Below are positions 11,083-23,638 of a DNA stretch of 64,000 bases, piece after piece. The DNA comes from an uncultured Acidobacteriota bacterium (GTDB taxonomy: Bacteria > Acidobacteriota > Vicinamibacteria > Vicinamibacterales > UBA8438): contig CAJWLU010000002.1 in NCBI GenBank assembly GCA_913043225.1, positions 160,001 to 224,000 on the forward strand, given 5' to 3'. The notes beneath the pieces are model-generated. The model was not told the origin of the DNA. It was given only the letters and a program-made list of their open reading frames with translations, and made no database searches. The translations under genes were made by a program, and so were the position numbers. Position 1 is the first letter of the stretch, and each line of letters begins with the position of its first letter.

Positions 11083-11955
11083 TCAGTAAGAGATACCGAC
11101 ACCGAGCGTCGCCACCGGCTGTAACTTGTCACCGTTATTCACAGTCGTGAGTCCGTCGCCGAGAGAGAGCAGGTGAATGCCGGCAATCAGATCCCAGCTG
11201 CCGTAGGCATCCCCGACCGGGATCGGGGTGCTGCCGACCACGCCCAGCGAGACGAACCCGAAGGCGCGGTCGTTGCCCGGACTGGCCTCGTAGTAATCGC
11301 TCATGCTCAGACCGAGGGTGACTGGCACGGTCAGCGAAACTGGAACTACGGTCTCGAACGTATAGCCTGGTTCGACACCTATCTCGAAATACACGCCCTC
11401 GCTTCCGCCGCCGTCCGCTTGTCCGTCGAGCTCGATCGCCATCAACACGTGTGGAGACAGAGTGAGACTGCCGAGCAAGGCGCTGTCGTCGACCGTCAGG
11501 CTGAGCGCCAGCTCCTTGACGGTGCCAAACACATCGTTCGGGCTGAGATAGGAGGTGTAGGTGACGCCAAAATCCAAGTTGTCGACCCCGAAACCGACTC
11601 CCGCGTAGAAGTCCGACTCGTACCAGGCGCCCACATTGACGGCCGGGCCGTCGGTGCCGGTTGGACCGGAGTGCAGGCTGTTCCAATGGCCGATGTTCAG
11701 GGAGACGCTGTTGAGCCCCTGCGTGCCGTCGAACAGGTTGATTGAGACGTCGAAGTACGGCTGGGTGACGACACCCTGGCGTTCCTGCAGGATGCCGCGG
11801 AAAAAGTAGGCGTGGCTGAAGTCCGTGCCGGTCGAGAACGACAGCTTGCCGTTGTTAGCCTGGGCGTGCGCGCTGCTCGCCAGGCTCCCCCAGGCCAGTG
11901 TCATCACGGCGATGGTGACCAGGGCGTGTCGCACAGGTCGCCGATCCGCTGTCAT
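11083..11955 (-). CDS. Exported putative outer-membrane beta-barrel (TorF/TIGR02001-like, divergent)
   Basis: Signal peptide ending AHA, AYFFRG and ESDFYAG motifs, alternating beta-strand pattern, C-terminal aromatic residue (GISY). Confidence 0.6.
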   Translation of the reverse strand: MTADRRPVRHALVTIAVMTLAWGSLASSAHAQANNGKLSFSTGTDFSHAYFFRGILQERQGVVTQPYFDVSINLFDGTQGLNSVSLNIGHWNSLHSGPTGTDGPAVNVGAWYESDFYAGVGFGVDNLDFGVTYTSYLSPNDVFGTVKELALSLTVDDSALLGSLTLSPHVLMAIELDGQADGGGSEGVYFEIGVEPGYTFETVVPVSLTVPVTLGLSMSDYYEASPGNDRAFGFVSLGVVGSTPIPVGDAYGSWDLIAGIHLLSLGDGLTTVNNGDKLQPVATLGVGISY

Positions 11956-12022
11956 GTACGTGCCTCCTGAGGTGTCCGATGCTGTCCGACTGAACGAAAT
12001 ATCTTACCAGAGGAGGGGAAAG

Positions 12023-12067
12023 TCGGCATCGCCGCACGGCCGGGTGTGCGGCGTGCGGCGATGCCGA
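12023..12067 (-). terminator. Strong hairpin (terminator or mRNA-stabilising) after the first TorF-like gene
   Basis: Perfect 16-bp inverted repeat TCGGCATCGCCGCACG / CGTGCGGCGATGCCGA with 13-nt loop; only a weak CTTT tail on the - strand. Confidence 0.55.
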
Positions 12068-12116
12068 GCTGTAGGGCCCGCGAGGGATCGACGTGTCGAG
12101 CGTGTCAGAGGCTGTC

Positions 12117-12794
12117 CTAGTTGAGGTCGAAGGTCTTGCCCACCCCAAAGACCAGGGTGACGCCGGGCGTCGGGGCGAAGGCATTGTCGACCAGGCCGGA
12201 CAACGTTGAGTCGTTCACGATGCCCGAAATGCTCCAGTCCATATCGCCAGCGCTGAACCCGTAGCCCACTTCGCCATAGGTCCCGTCGAAGTCCCCACCG
12301 AAGGTGCCCACCGTGGCGCTGAATCCTTCGTGCCCGGCGGAGATGCCGAGGAACGAGTAGTTCTGTGCGCCCAACCCGAAGTTCTCATACTGGCCAACCG
12401 AAAACTCGACACTCAGGGGACCGGCCCCGGCATTGAAGTTGGCTTCCTGGTAGGTGTCGTCGAATTCCCCAGTGTAGAAGTAGCCGGTGTAGCCGACACT
12501 GATGTTAAAGGTGTCGTTGCCGCCGCCCACGGCGGCGTAGAGGTCGACCTCGGCGCCGTCGCCCACATCGGCTGCCCAGGTTCCGGCCGAGAATAGCCCG
12601 GCGCTGAGGTCTAGCCCGGCACTGGCCGACGAGGTCTTCTGGAGGATTCCCCGGTAGAAGTACTGGCTGACCCAGCCGGCATTGGCCGAGACGCTGACAT
12701 CCTGGGCGGCGGCGGTGCCGCCGAGCAGGCCGAAGGCGAGGGTCGCGGTCAGTGCGACCCGGGTCAAGCGAGAGTGCAGTGTGCGTGACATCAT
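12117..12794 (-). CDS. TorF family putative porin (TIGR02001/Gcw_chp-like)
   Basis: ATG 12794 with GAGGAG RBS; signal peptide; SQYFYRG, EVDLY, YTGYFY, ends GVGKTFDLN; follows amt. Confidence 0.75.
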   Translation of the reverse strand: MMSRTLHSRLTRVALTATLAFGLLGGTAAAQDVSVSANAGWVSQYFYRGILQKTSSASAGLDLSAGLFSAGTWAADVGDGAEVDLYAAVGGGNDTFNISVGYTGYFYTGEFDDTYQEANFNAGAGPLSVEFSVGQYENFGLGAQNYSFLGISAGHEGFSATVGTFGGDFDGTYGEVGYGFSAGDMDWSISGIVNDSTLSGLVDNAFAPTPGVTLVFGVGKTFDLN

Positions 12795-12841
12795 GTGTGG
12801 ACTCCTCCTCGAGTTAAAGATCTGTGCCTTGAGTTCCATTG

Positions 12842-14167
12842 CTATGAATGCGTGATCGAGAAGCCGCCGTAAGACTCCATGCCGTGCTCGGCGACATCCA
12901 GCCCGATCCGTTCTTCTTCGGGGTCGACGCGGATCCCCATCGTGGCCTTCAGCGCCAGGAAGATGATGAATGCCGCGACGAAGCAGAACGCGCCGTAGGC
13001 GGCCACCCCGATGAGCTGGGTGACGAACGAGTGTTCGGGGTTGGTGCTGAAGAGGCCGACCGCCAAGGTGCCCCAGATGCCGCACACGAGGTGAACCGAC
13101 AGAGCACCGACCGGGTCGTCGATCTTGGCGCGGTCGAAGGCCAGCACCGACAGCACCACGATGACGCCGGCGACCAAGCCGATGAGGATCGACGCGTTGA
13201 CCGACACCGTGTCGGCACCGGCGGTGATTCCGACCAGGCCAGCTAGCGACCCGTTCAACACCATGCTAAGGTCCGGCTTTTTCTGGAACGTCCAGGATGC
13301 GCCCATGGCGCCGACGATGCCCCCGGCCGCGGCCAGTGACGTGGTGACGAAGACGAGCGAGACCAACTCGGGGTCCGCGCTTAGCACCGAGCCTCCGTTA
13401 AACCCGTACCAGCCGAGCCACAGCAGGAAGACACCGATCGTAGCGAGCGGCATGCTATGCCCCGCCACTGGTCGGATTTTTCCGTCAGCGAGGTACTTGC
13501 CGACCCGCGATCCCAGCACGATGATGCCGGCCAGGGCGGCCCAGCCGCCGACCGAGTGCACCAAGGTGGAGCCTGCGAAGTCATAAAAGCCCATCTGGTC
13601 CAGCCAACCCGCACCCCACTTCCAGGATCCGGCGATCGGATAGATGAAGGCCACGTAGATGGTGGTGAAGACCATGAACGACCCGAGCTTGATCCGCTCG
13701 GCCACGGCACCGGAGACGATCGTGGCCGCGGTGGCGGCGAACATCCCCTGGAAAATGAAGTCGGTCCAGTAGGTGTAGGCGCCGTCGGCGTAGGCGACGG
13801 TGTTTCCTTCGGGGCCCGGATCCAGGCCCATACCGGCGAATCCGAAGAACTGTCCGATCGAGAAGTCGCCCGGATACATCAGATTGAAACCGACAAACGC
13901 GTAGGTCAGCAGCCCGATGGCGATGATCGACGTGTTCTTAAACAGGATGTTTACCGTGTTCTTGGCGCGCGTCAGCCCAGATTCCAGGCAGGCAAAGCCA
14001 AGATGCATGATGAACACCAGGAAGGTGGCCACGAGCATCCAGGTGTTGTTGACGGTGAACATTTCTTGCGAGACGTCCTGGGCGCTGGCCAAAGCCGGGG
14101 CCAACAGGAGCGCCAGCAGCATCAGCGCAATCCGTCGTCCGGTAGAGTGAAGGCGTATCTTGTTCAT
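12842..14167 (-). CDS. amtB: Ammonium transporter
   Basis: FQGMFAAT..IVSGAVAER, DFAGSTLVHSVGG, WYGFNGGS, IDDPVGALSVHLVCG, EERIGLD. Confidence 0.97.
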   Translation of the reverse strand: MNKIRLHSTGRRIALMLLALLLAPALASAQDVSQEMFTVNNTWMLVATFLVFIMHLGFACLESGLTRAKNTVNILFKNTSIIAIGLLTYAFVGFNLMYPGDFSIGQFFGFAGMGLDPGPEGNTVAYADGAYTYWTDFIFQGMFAATAATIVSGAVAERIKLGSFMVFTTIYVAFIYPIAGSWKWGAGWLDQMGFYDFAGSTLVHSVGGWAALAGIIVLGSRVGKYLADGKIRPVAGHSMPLATIGVFLLWLGWYGFNGGSVLSADPELVSLVFVTTSLAAAGGIVGAMGASWTFQKKPDLSMVLNGSLAGLVGITAGADTVSVNASILIGLVAGVIVVLSVLAFDRAKIDDPVGALSVHLVCGIWGTLAVGLFSTNPEHSFVTQLIGVAAYGAFCFVAAFIIFLALKATMGIRVDPEEERIGLDVAEHGMESYGGFSITHS

Positions 14168-14194
14168 GTGATTTGTCTCCTCGGATGCACGCGG

Positions 14195-16346
<2,152 letters not shown>

Positions 16347-16415
16347 TGGTCGTCAGCGTAATGCGATCTTCATCGAAGGACAGCCACCGCCGTCGTTCGA
16401 CAGGTTCGAGGGGCG

Positions 16416-17864
16416 CTAGGGTAGCGGCATCGGCAGGCGCGTCTCGCCCATCAGATACCGATCGATTCCAGCCGCCGCGCTACGACCCTCGGCGATAGCC
16501 CAGACAATCAGCGACTGCCCGCGCTGCATGTCACCGGCGGTGAAGACGCCATCCGCGCTTGTCATCCAGTTGCGGTCACGCGAGACGTTCCCTCGGTCAG
16601 TAAGGTCCACACCCAGCTGGGTGAGCAGCCCCTCCCGCTTTGGACCGAGGAACCCCATAGCTAGAAATACGAGGTCGACGTCAAGCTCGAACTCACTTCC
16701 TGGCACAGGGTCGAACGACATGCGACCGTCCCGGCGGGTCATCTCGATCTCTACGGCGTGGAGCGTGGTGACCTCGCCGACGTCGTTCCCGGTGAAGCGT
16801 TGCGTTGACACGGAGTAGACCCGCTCGCCACCTTCCTCGTGAGCGCTCGAGACGCGGAAGATCTGCGGCCATTCAGGCCAGGGGTTGGCGTCACTCCGGC
16901 TGTCCGGCGGCCGCGGCATCAGCTCGAACTGGTGGACCGACCGGGCGCCCTGCCGGTGTGCGGTGCCGAGGCAGTCGGCGCCGGTGTCGCCGCCACCGAT
17001 GATGACCACGCGTTTCCCCTCGGCCGAGATGAACTCGTCGTCGCCGATGACATCACCTTCGCACTTGCGGTTCTGCTGGGTCAGATACTCCATCGCGAAG
17101 TACACGCCCTTGAGCTCACGGCCAGGAACCGTGAGGTCGCGCGGTACTCCGGCCCCGCCGGCCAGCAGCGTGGCATCGAACTCGCTCTTGATGTCGCTCG
17201 CCGTGACGGTCTCGCCCACATCGGTGCTGGGCCGGAAGATCACACCCTCGGCTTCCAGGATGTCGAGGCGTCGGTTCAGGAACCGCTTCTCCATCTTGAA
17301 CTCGGGGATACCGTAGCGCAGGAGTCCGCCGATGCGGTCCGAGCGCTCGAACACCGTGACGAGGTGGCCCGCCTTGTTCAGCTGATCTGCGGCGGCCAGT
17401 CCCGCCGGCCCCGAGCCGATCACGGCCACGCGCTTGTCTGAACGTCGGGTGGGTGCTTCGGGCCGGATCCAGCCCTCCTCGAAGGCGCGTTCTACGATGG
17501 CCAGCTCGATCGATTTGATGGTGACGGCGTCCCGATCGATGGCCAGGACGCACGAGCCCTCGCATGGCGCTGGGCAGAGCCGACCCGTCCACTCTGGGAA
17601 GTTATTGGTCTTGTGGAGCCGGTTGATAGCTGGTTGCCACTTGGCGCGGTAGACGAGGTCGTTCCAGTCCGGGATCAAGTTTCCTAGGGGGCAACCTTCA
17701 TGGCAGAACGGGATCCCGCAGTCCATGCACCGGGCGCCCTGTGCTCGGAGGTCCGTGGTGGCATACGGCAGATAGACCTCGTGCCAGTCCTGCCGCCGCT
17801 CGTCGACGGGGCGACTCGGCGCCTTCTGCCGTTCGATTTCGATGAACCCTTTCAGCTTGCCCAT
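16416..17864 (-). CDS. gltD: Glutamate synthase small subunit
   Basis: RCMDCGIPFC..GCP, GRLCPAPCEGSC, GSGPAG, GGGDTG, RGQSLIVWAI. Confidence 0.97.
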   Translation of the reverse strand: MGKLKGFIEIERQKAPSRPVDERRQDWHEVYLPYATTDLRAQGARCMDCGIPFCHEGCPLGNLIPDWNDLVYRAKWQPAINRLHKTNNFPEWTGRLCPAPCEGSCVLAIDRDAVTIKSIELAIVERAFEEGWIRPEAPTRRSDKRVAVIGSGPAGLAAADQLNKAGHLVTVFERSDRIGGLLRYGIPEFKMEKRFLNRRLDILEAEGVIFRPSTDVGETVTASDIKSEFDATLLAGGAGVPRDLTVPGRELKGVYFAMEYLTQQNRKCEGDVIGDDEFISAEGKRVVIIGGGDTGADCLGTAHRQGARSVHQFELMPRPPDSRSDANPWPEWPQIFRVSSAHEEGGERVYSVSTQRFTGNDVGEVTTLHAVEIEMTRRDGRMSFDPVPGSEFELDVDLVFLAMGFLGPKREGLLTQLGVDLTDRGNVSRDRNWMTSADGVFTAGDMQRGQSLIVWAIAEGRSAAAGIDRYLMGETRLPMPLP

Positions 17865-17875
17865 GCTTCCCTTAA

Positions 17876-20800
17876 CTAGTCCGCTCCGCTGCCAACGAGC
17901 TCCGCGAAGCCAGGTTCGCGCGATTCAGCTCGGGCCTTGGCTTTGGCCATCAGTACACGTTTGTAGTCCCGAGGCATGACCTTGACGAATTTCGTCGCCA
18001 GCGTGTTCCACTCGTCAAGCACGGTCCGACCGCGTCGGCTCAAGGTGTGGTCCACGTGGCGGGTTACCAGACGGTGGATCGACGCTGCGTCGTTGTCGTC
18101 GATCTGTTCGAGATCCACCATGCCGAGGTTACACTGGCTGGCGAAGTTACCCCGTTCGTCGAGAACGTAGGCGATACCGCCGCTCATGCCCGCCGCGAAG
18201 TTGCGACCCGTCGAGCCCAGCACCACCACCCGTCCACCGGTCATGTACTCGCACCCATGGTCGCCGATTCCCTCGACCACCGCATGGACTCCACTGTTTC
18301 TGACGCCGAACCGTTCGCCGGCCACGCCGTGCACGAACGCCTCACCTCCGGTGCCGCCATACAGGGCGACGTTCCCGATGATGATGTTCTTCTCGGCCAC
18401 AAAGGTAGAGTCGGCCGGTGGGAACACGGCTAGCCTGCCTCCCGACAGTCCCTTGCCAAAGTAGTCGTTGGCGTCTCCCTCAATGGTCAGGGTGACTCCC
18501 TGAGGCACGAAGGCGCCAAAACTCTGGCCGGCCGAGCCGGTGAAGCGGATGTCGATCGTGCCGTCGGGCAGGCCATCGCGACCCCAGCGGCGGGTGATCT
18601 CCGACCCTAGCATGGTGCCCACCGTGCGATTCACGTTTCGGACCGGAATCGTGAACGACACCGGTGTGCGCTTATCAATCGCCGATCGGCACTTGTCAAT
18701 CAATGTGTTGTCGAGCGCCTTGTCGAGACCGTGGTCCTGTTCCCTGACGCACCGTCGTGCGACCGACTCCGGCATGTCTGGGTTGTGGAGAATCTGCGAG
18801 AGGTCCAGCCCCTTGGCCTTCCAGTGGTCGATGGCCTCGGCCGTGTCGATCCGATCCACCCGGCCGATCATCTCGTCCAGCGTCCGGAAGCCCATCGTGG
18901 CCATTAGCTCGCGCACTTCTTCGGCCACGAACCGGAAGTAGTTTTCAACGAACTCGGGCTTGCCGGTGAAGTGTTCGCGTAGCTCGGGATTCTGGGTGGC
19001 GATGCCCACCGGGCAGGTGTCCAGATGACACACGCGCATCATGATGCAGCCCGACACGACGAGTGGTGCGGTCGAGAAGCCGTACTCCTCGGCGCCGAGC
19101 AGGGCCGCGATCACAACGTCCCGGCCCGTCTTCATCTGACCGTCGGTTTGCACCACGATCCGGTCGCGCAGCTGGTTTGTAACGAGGACCTGCTGCGTCT
19201 CGGCGAGGCCGAGCTCCCACGGCGCACCGGCGTGCTTGAGGCTGGTGAGCGGCGAGGCGCCGGTCCCGCCGTCGTGTCCCGAAATGAGCACTACGTCGGA
19301 ATGCGCCTTGGCTACCCCGGCGGCCACTGTGCCCACGCCGACCTCTGCTACCAGTTTCACGTGGATCCTGGCGTCCTTGTTCGAGTTTTTCAGGTCATGG
19401 ATCAGCTGCGCGAGGTCCTCGATCGAATAGATGTCGTGGTGCGGCGGCGGGGAGATCAGCGGGACGCCGGGCGTGGAATATCGCACCTGGGCGATCCAGG
19501 GATAGACCTTGTAACCGGGGAGCTGCCCCCCTTCTCCAGGCTTGGCGCCCTGCGCCATCTTGATCTGCAGATCGTCGGCGTTGACCAAATATTCGCTGGT
19601 TACTCCGAAACGTCCCGAGGCGACCTGCTTGATGGCACTCCGACGGTGGTCTCCATTAGCGTCCGGGGTGAAGCGGTCCGGATCCTCTCCGCCTTCGCCC
19701 GTATTCGACTTGGCGCCGAGCCGGTTCATCGCGATGGCGAGCGTCTCGTGGGCCTCGGCGCTGATCGAGCCGTAGGACATCGCGCCGGTCGAGAATCTTG
19801 GGAGGATCGCTTCGATCGGCTCCACTTCGTCGAGCGGAATCGGAGTGTCTGCCGATTTGAGCTCGAAGAGTCCTCTGAGTGTCGCCCGCTGTTGGCTCTG
19901 GTCGTTGACCAGTTCAGCGTACTCCCGGTAGATCTCGTACTGACCGGACTGGCTGGCGTGCTGCAGTTTGTAGACGGTTTCTGGATTGAACAGGTGGTAT
20001 TCGCCGTCCCGGCGCCACTGGTACTCGCCACCACTGTCGAGCTCACCGTCGTCGGAGCCCCGGGTCGGAAACGCTCGCGCATGCCGCCGTTCCACTTCCG
20101 CCGAGACGGTCTCGATGCCGATACCCCCGATCCTGGACGCGGTCCAGGTGAAGTAGCGGTCGACAAACGGTTTGTCGAGTCCGATCGCCTCGAAGATCTG
20201 CGCGCCGCGGTAGCTCTGCAGGGTGGAGATTCCCATCTTGGACATCACCTTCAACACGCCCTTGGTCAGCGCCAGGATGTGATGCTGGATGCCCTGCGGG
20301 GGATCGATGTCTGTGACCTCGCCCTCGCAGATCAGGTCTTCGATCGTCTCGAATGCGAGGTAGGGATTGACGGCGCCGGCGCCGTAGCCGAGCAGCAGCG
20401 CCATGTGGTGCGCTTCACGGGCCTCTCCCGATTCCACGATGAGTCCGCAGCGCGTCCGCGTGCCCTCGCGTACCAGGTGATGATGCACCCCGGCGGTGGC
20501 GAGCAGGCTCGGGATCGGGGCATGGTCGGCGTCGACCCCTCGGTCCGAGAGTACAAGCAGCGTCTTGCTTGCTTCGACCGCCGCGCTCGCCGAGCGACAG
20601 AGCTCGTCCATCGCCCGCTTGAGGCCTTCGGCTCCTTCACGGGGGTCGAACAGGATCGGCAGTGTGGTCGTCTGTAGCGCAGGGTCAGGATTGTGGCGGA
20701 TCCTCGCCAGTTCGTCGTTGTCCAGAATCGGGTACTCAGCCCGAATCTGGTGACAGGAGTCCGGGGTCGGCTTGAGTAGGTTCAGCTCCGGTCCGAGGGT

Positions 20801-22468
20801 GGAGCTCATGTCCGTGACCAGCTCTTCCCGAATGGCGTCCAGGGGCGGGTTGGTGACCTGCGCGAACAACTGCTTGAAGTAGTCGTAGAGCAGACGTGGC
20901 CGGTCCGAGAGCACCGCCAGCGCGGTGTCGGTGCCCATCGACCCGATCGGTTCAATGCCCTTGGCTGCCATCGGTCCGAGCAGGATCCGCAGGTCCTCCT
21001 CTGTGTAGCCGAATGCCCGTTGTCGTCTGAGGATCGACTCATGGGCCTCGGGCGGTGTGTAGGGCGCGTCCGGCAGATCACCGAGTTGCACCACGTGCGT
21101 GTCGAGCCACTCCTGATACGGGAACTCGGCGGCCAGACCCGACTTGATCTCCTCGTCGTCGATGATGCGGCCCTGAGCGGTGTCGACTAGGAAGATCCGA
21201 CCCGGGTGCAGACGTTCCTTGACGAGGACGTTCTCGGGCGGAATGTCGAGTACTCCGACCTCTGACGCCATGACCACCAGGTCGTCCTTGGTGACGTAGT
21301 AGCGGGATGGACGTAGACCGTTTCGGTCGAGAACCGCACCCACCACCGTCCCATCGGTAAACGCGATCGAGGCAGGTCCGTCCCAGGGCTCCATCAGCGA
21401 GGCGTGGTACTCGTAGAACGCGCGCCGGTCCGGGGACATCGACTCGTGCTTGCGCCACGGTTCCGGAATCATCATGAGCACCGCGTGTGGCAACGAGCGG
21501 CCGGTCATGACCAGGAACTCGAGCACGTTGTCGAACGTGGCGGTGTCGCTCTGGCCCTCCCGGGCGACCGGGAACAGCTTCTGGAGGTCGTCTCCGAATA
21601 GGTCCGATTCGCAGAGTGCTTCGCGCGCGCGCATCCAGTTGATGTTTCCGCGCAGGGTATTGATCTCACCGTTGTGAGCGATGTAGCGATACGGGTGCGC
21701 CAGGGGCCAGGACGGGAACGTATTGGTACTGAACCTGGAGTGAACGAGCGCCAGCGCCGATTCGAACTCCGGATCCATCAGGTCCGGGAACATGCCGGTC
21801 ACCTGATCGGCGATCAGCATCCCCTTGTAGACCACGGTCTGGGAGGAGAGGCTGGCTGCGTAGAACAGTCCTGCCTCGCTCAGGCCGAGGGTCTGTACGT
21901 CGCGGGCGAGGCGCTTACGGACGACGTAGAGCTTCCGCTCGAATCGCGCCTGGTCGGTGGGAGCGTCTGAGGCTGTCTCGCCGCGACCGATGAAGATCTG
22001 CCGGATGGTTGGTTCGCCCTGCCGAGCGGTGGCACCGAGCGCGCTGTCGTCGGTGGGGACGTCGCGCCACCCGAGCACAAAGAGTCCTTCCTCCAGCGCA
22101 ATCCGAGTGAGGCGATCCTCGATCGCGAGCCGTTCGTCCGACTTGCGGGGGAGGAACAGCATGCCCACTCCGTAGGCGCCCGGTTCAGGCAGTTCAAAGC
22201 CCAGCGCTGAGGTCTCGCGACGCAGGAAACGGTCCGGGATCTGCAGCAGGATGCCGGCGCCGTCTCCCGTGTTCTCCTCGCACCCGCAGGCGCCCCGATG
22301 CAGCAGGTTGACGCCTACCTCGAGCGCCTGCTCGACTAGTCGTCTGGATTTGATCCCCTTGATGTTCACGACGAACCCGACGCCGCAGGCGTCGTGCTCG
22401 TGACCGGGGTCGTACAAACCGTACGGGCCAGGGGGCGCGACCGATCGTGTCTGGTTGGATCGACTCAT
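17876..22468 (-). CDS. gltB: Glutamate synthase large subunit
   Basis: HDACGVG amidotransferase N-terminus, [32 protein letters not shown] [3Fe-4S]. Confidence 0.98.
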   Translation of the reverse strand: MSRSNQTRSVAPPGPYGLYDPGHEHDACGVGFVVNIKGIKSRRLVEQALEVGVNLLHRGACGCEENTGDGAGILLQIPDRFLRRETSALGFELPEPGAYGVGMLFLPRKSDERLAIEDRLTRIALEEGLFVLGWRDVPTDDSALGATARQGEPTIRQIFIGRGETASDAPTDQARFERKLYVVRKRLARDVQTLGLSEAGLFYAASLSSQTVVYKGMLIADQVTGMFPDLMDPEFESALALVHSRFSTNTFPSWPLAHPYRYIAHNGEINTLRGNINWMRAREALCESDLFGDDLQKLFPVAREGQSDTATFDNVLEFLVMTGRSLPHAVLMMIPEPWRKHESMSPDRRAFYEYHASLMEPWDGPASIAFTDGTVVGAVLDRNGLRPSRYYVTKDDLVVMASEVGVLDIPPENVLVKERLHPGRIFLVDTAQGRIIDDEEIKSGLAAEFPYQEWLDTHVVQLGDLPDAPYTPPEAHESILRRQRAFGYTEEDLRILLGPMAAKGIEPIGSMGTDTALAVLSDRPRLLYDYFKQLFAQVTNPPLDAIREELVTDMSSTLGPELNLLKPTPDSCHQIRAEYPILDNDELARIRHNPDPALQTTTLPILFDPREGAEGLKRAMDELCRSASAAVEASKTLLVLSDRGVDADHAPIPSLLATAGVHHHLVREGTRTRCGLIVESGEAREAHHMALLLGYGAGAVNPYLAFETIEDLICEGEVTDIDPPQGIQHHILALTKGVLKVMSKMGISTLQSYRGAQIFEAIGLDKPFVDRYFTWTASRIGGIGIETVSAEVERRHARAFPTRGSDDGELDSGGEYQWRRDGEYHLFNPETVYKLQHASQSGQYEIYREYAELVNDQSQQRATLRGLFELKSADTPIPLDEVEPIEAILPRFSTGAMSYGSISAEAHETLAIAMNRLGAKSNTGEGGEDPDRFTPDANGDHRRSAIKQVASGRFGVTSEYLVNADDLQIKMAQGAKPGEGGQLPGYKVYPWIAQVRYSTPGVPLISPPPHHDIYSIEDLAQLIHDLKNSNKDARIHVKLVAEVGVGTVAAGVAKAHSDVVLISGHDGGTGASPLTSLKHAGAPWELGLAETQQVLVTNQLRDRIVVQTDGQMKTGRDVVIAALLGAEEYGFSTAPLVVSGCIMMRVCHLDTCPVGIATQNPELREHFTGKPEFVENYFRFVAEEVRELMATMGFRTLDEMIGRVDRIDTAEAIDHWKAKGLDLSQILHNPDMPESVARRCVREQDHGLDKALDNTLIDKCRSAIDKRTPVSFTIPVRNVNRTVGTMLGSEITRRWGRDGLPDGTIDIRFTGSAGQSFGAFVPQGVTLTIEGDANDYFGKGLSGGRLAVFPPADSTFVAEKNIIIGNVALYGGTGGEAFVHGVAGERFGVRNSGVHAVVEGIGDHGCEYMTGGRVVVLGSTGRNFAAGMSGGIAYVLDERGNFASQCNLGMVDLEQIDDNDAASIHRLVTRHVDHTLSRRGRTVLDEWNTLATKFVKVMPRDYKRVLMAKAKARAESREPGFAELVGSGAD

Positions 22469-23493
22469 TGCGTCGCTCCTCGGCCGGCCGACGCATGCGC
22501 GTCGCTACGGGGGGTGGCCTGTCGCTCGCTGGCATGGTGCCGGACGTTCGCTTGCGGTCGATGCAGCTCGGGCTTGACCGTTGGGGCGTCTGCATCCGCC
22601 TGTAACAGCTTGATGAACTCGGTGACGGCCGGGTTCAGCCGCCGATTCCGCCGATGCACGATGCTCAGCGGTCGCACTAGCGGAGGCTCGCCCGCTTTTA
22701 GCTCGAACGCCACCCTAAGCAGGGTGCCTCGCTCGACCTCTCGACGTAGCGTCGGTTCCGGCAGCACCGCGATCCCGGCGCCCTCGTCCACCGCTTGCTT
22801 GATGGTCTCGATGTTGTCGAACTCAGCCGTGATCTCCACTTCGACATCGTGGCTTCGGAGGAACCGGTCGATCGCCCGTCGGGCCGGGAGCTCACGGTCG
22901 AACGCCACGAAGCGCTCGCCCTGCAGGTCTTCTGGGCGGAGCGCACCCTTAGTGGTGATCCGACGCGCCAGTGAGTGGCCCGGCGAACAGGCGACCACCA
23001 TTAATTGCCGTTGCCAGGGAATCGCGGTCAGATCCCGACCGGGGGAGATGAACGACATCAGCCCGAGGTCGGACTGGTCGTTGAGCACCCGTTCACAGAT
23101 CTCGTCCGGGTGCATGTAGTCCAGGTCGACCCCGGCGCCGGGGACCAGCGTCCGGAACTGATCTACGTACTGACTGAGATGGTGTAGCCCGACCGAGTAG
23201 ATGGCGGCCACGCGGACCGTGTGCCCTGAAGGCTTCTGCTGTCGGCGCACAGCGTCCTCGAGTTCGTGATAGCGCTCCACGATCTCCTGGCAGCCTTTGA
23301 AGAAGATCTTGCCTTCGGCGGTCAATTTCCAGGGCCGTTGCGATCGGTCGATCAACTCGGCCCCAAGGTGACGCTCGAGCTGCCGAACCGCCTGGCTGGC
23401 TGCGGACTGGCTCACGGAGTTGGCCATCGCACCGCGCGAGAAGCTCTGATGACGCACGACGTCACAGAAAATGTTCAGCGTTTGGACGTGCAT
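22465..23493 (-). CDS. LysR-family regulator translationally coupled to gltB
   Basis: HTH SFSRGA...[19 protein letters not shown]; LysR substrate domain ([12 protein letters not shown]); stop overlaps the gltB start (ATGA). Confidence 0.92.
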   Translation of the reverse strand: MHVQTLNIFCDVVRHQSFSRGAMANSVSQSAASQAVRQLERHLGAELIDRSQRPWKLTAEGKIFFKGCQEIVERYHELEDAVRRQQKPSGHTVRVAAIYSVGLHHLSQYVDQFRTLVPGAGVDLDYMHPDEICERVLNDQSDLGLMSFISPGRDLTAIPWQRQLMVVACSPGHSLARRITTKGALRPEDLQGERFVAFDRELPARRAIDRFLRSHDVEVEITAEFDNIETIKQAVDEGAGIAVLPEPTLRREVERGTLLRVAFELKAGEPPLVRPLSIVHRRNRRLNPAVTEFIKLLQADADAPTVKPELHRPQANVRHHASERQATPRSDAHASAGRGATQ

Positions 23494-23503
23494 GGGACCG
23501 ACC

Positions 23504-23556
23504 AATGTATCACACGAAGTCTAATATCCTGAAGACGCAGCATAAGGAATACTGAT
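23504..23556 (-). promoter_or_regulatory. Candidate extended -10 promoter and LysR box for lysR-gltBD
   Basis: - strand TGATACATT (TGn + TACATT at 23509-23504) and ATCAG-N5-CTTAT, a T-N11-A dyad, at 23542-23556. Confidence 0.4.
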
Positions 23557-23638
23557 TCGGGCGGGAAGTCGACGGCACCAAGTGGACCCCGGTGAGCGAT
23601 CCGCACCCACCCCGCCGCGGCCACGATGACTAGTCGAC

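Noticed and set aside
19025..20677. 550-aa + strand ORF
   Set aside because: Antisense to gltB with no recognisable motifs; typical high-GC shadow ORF
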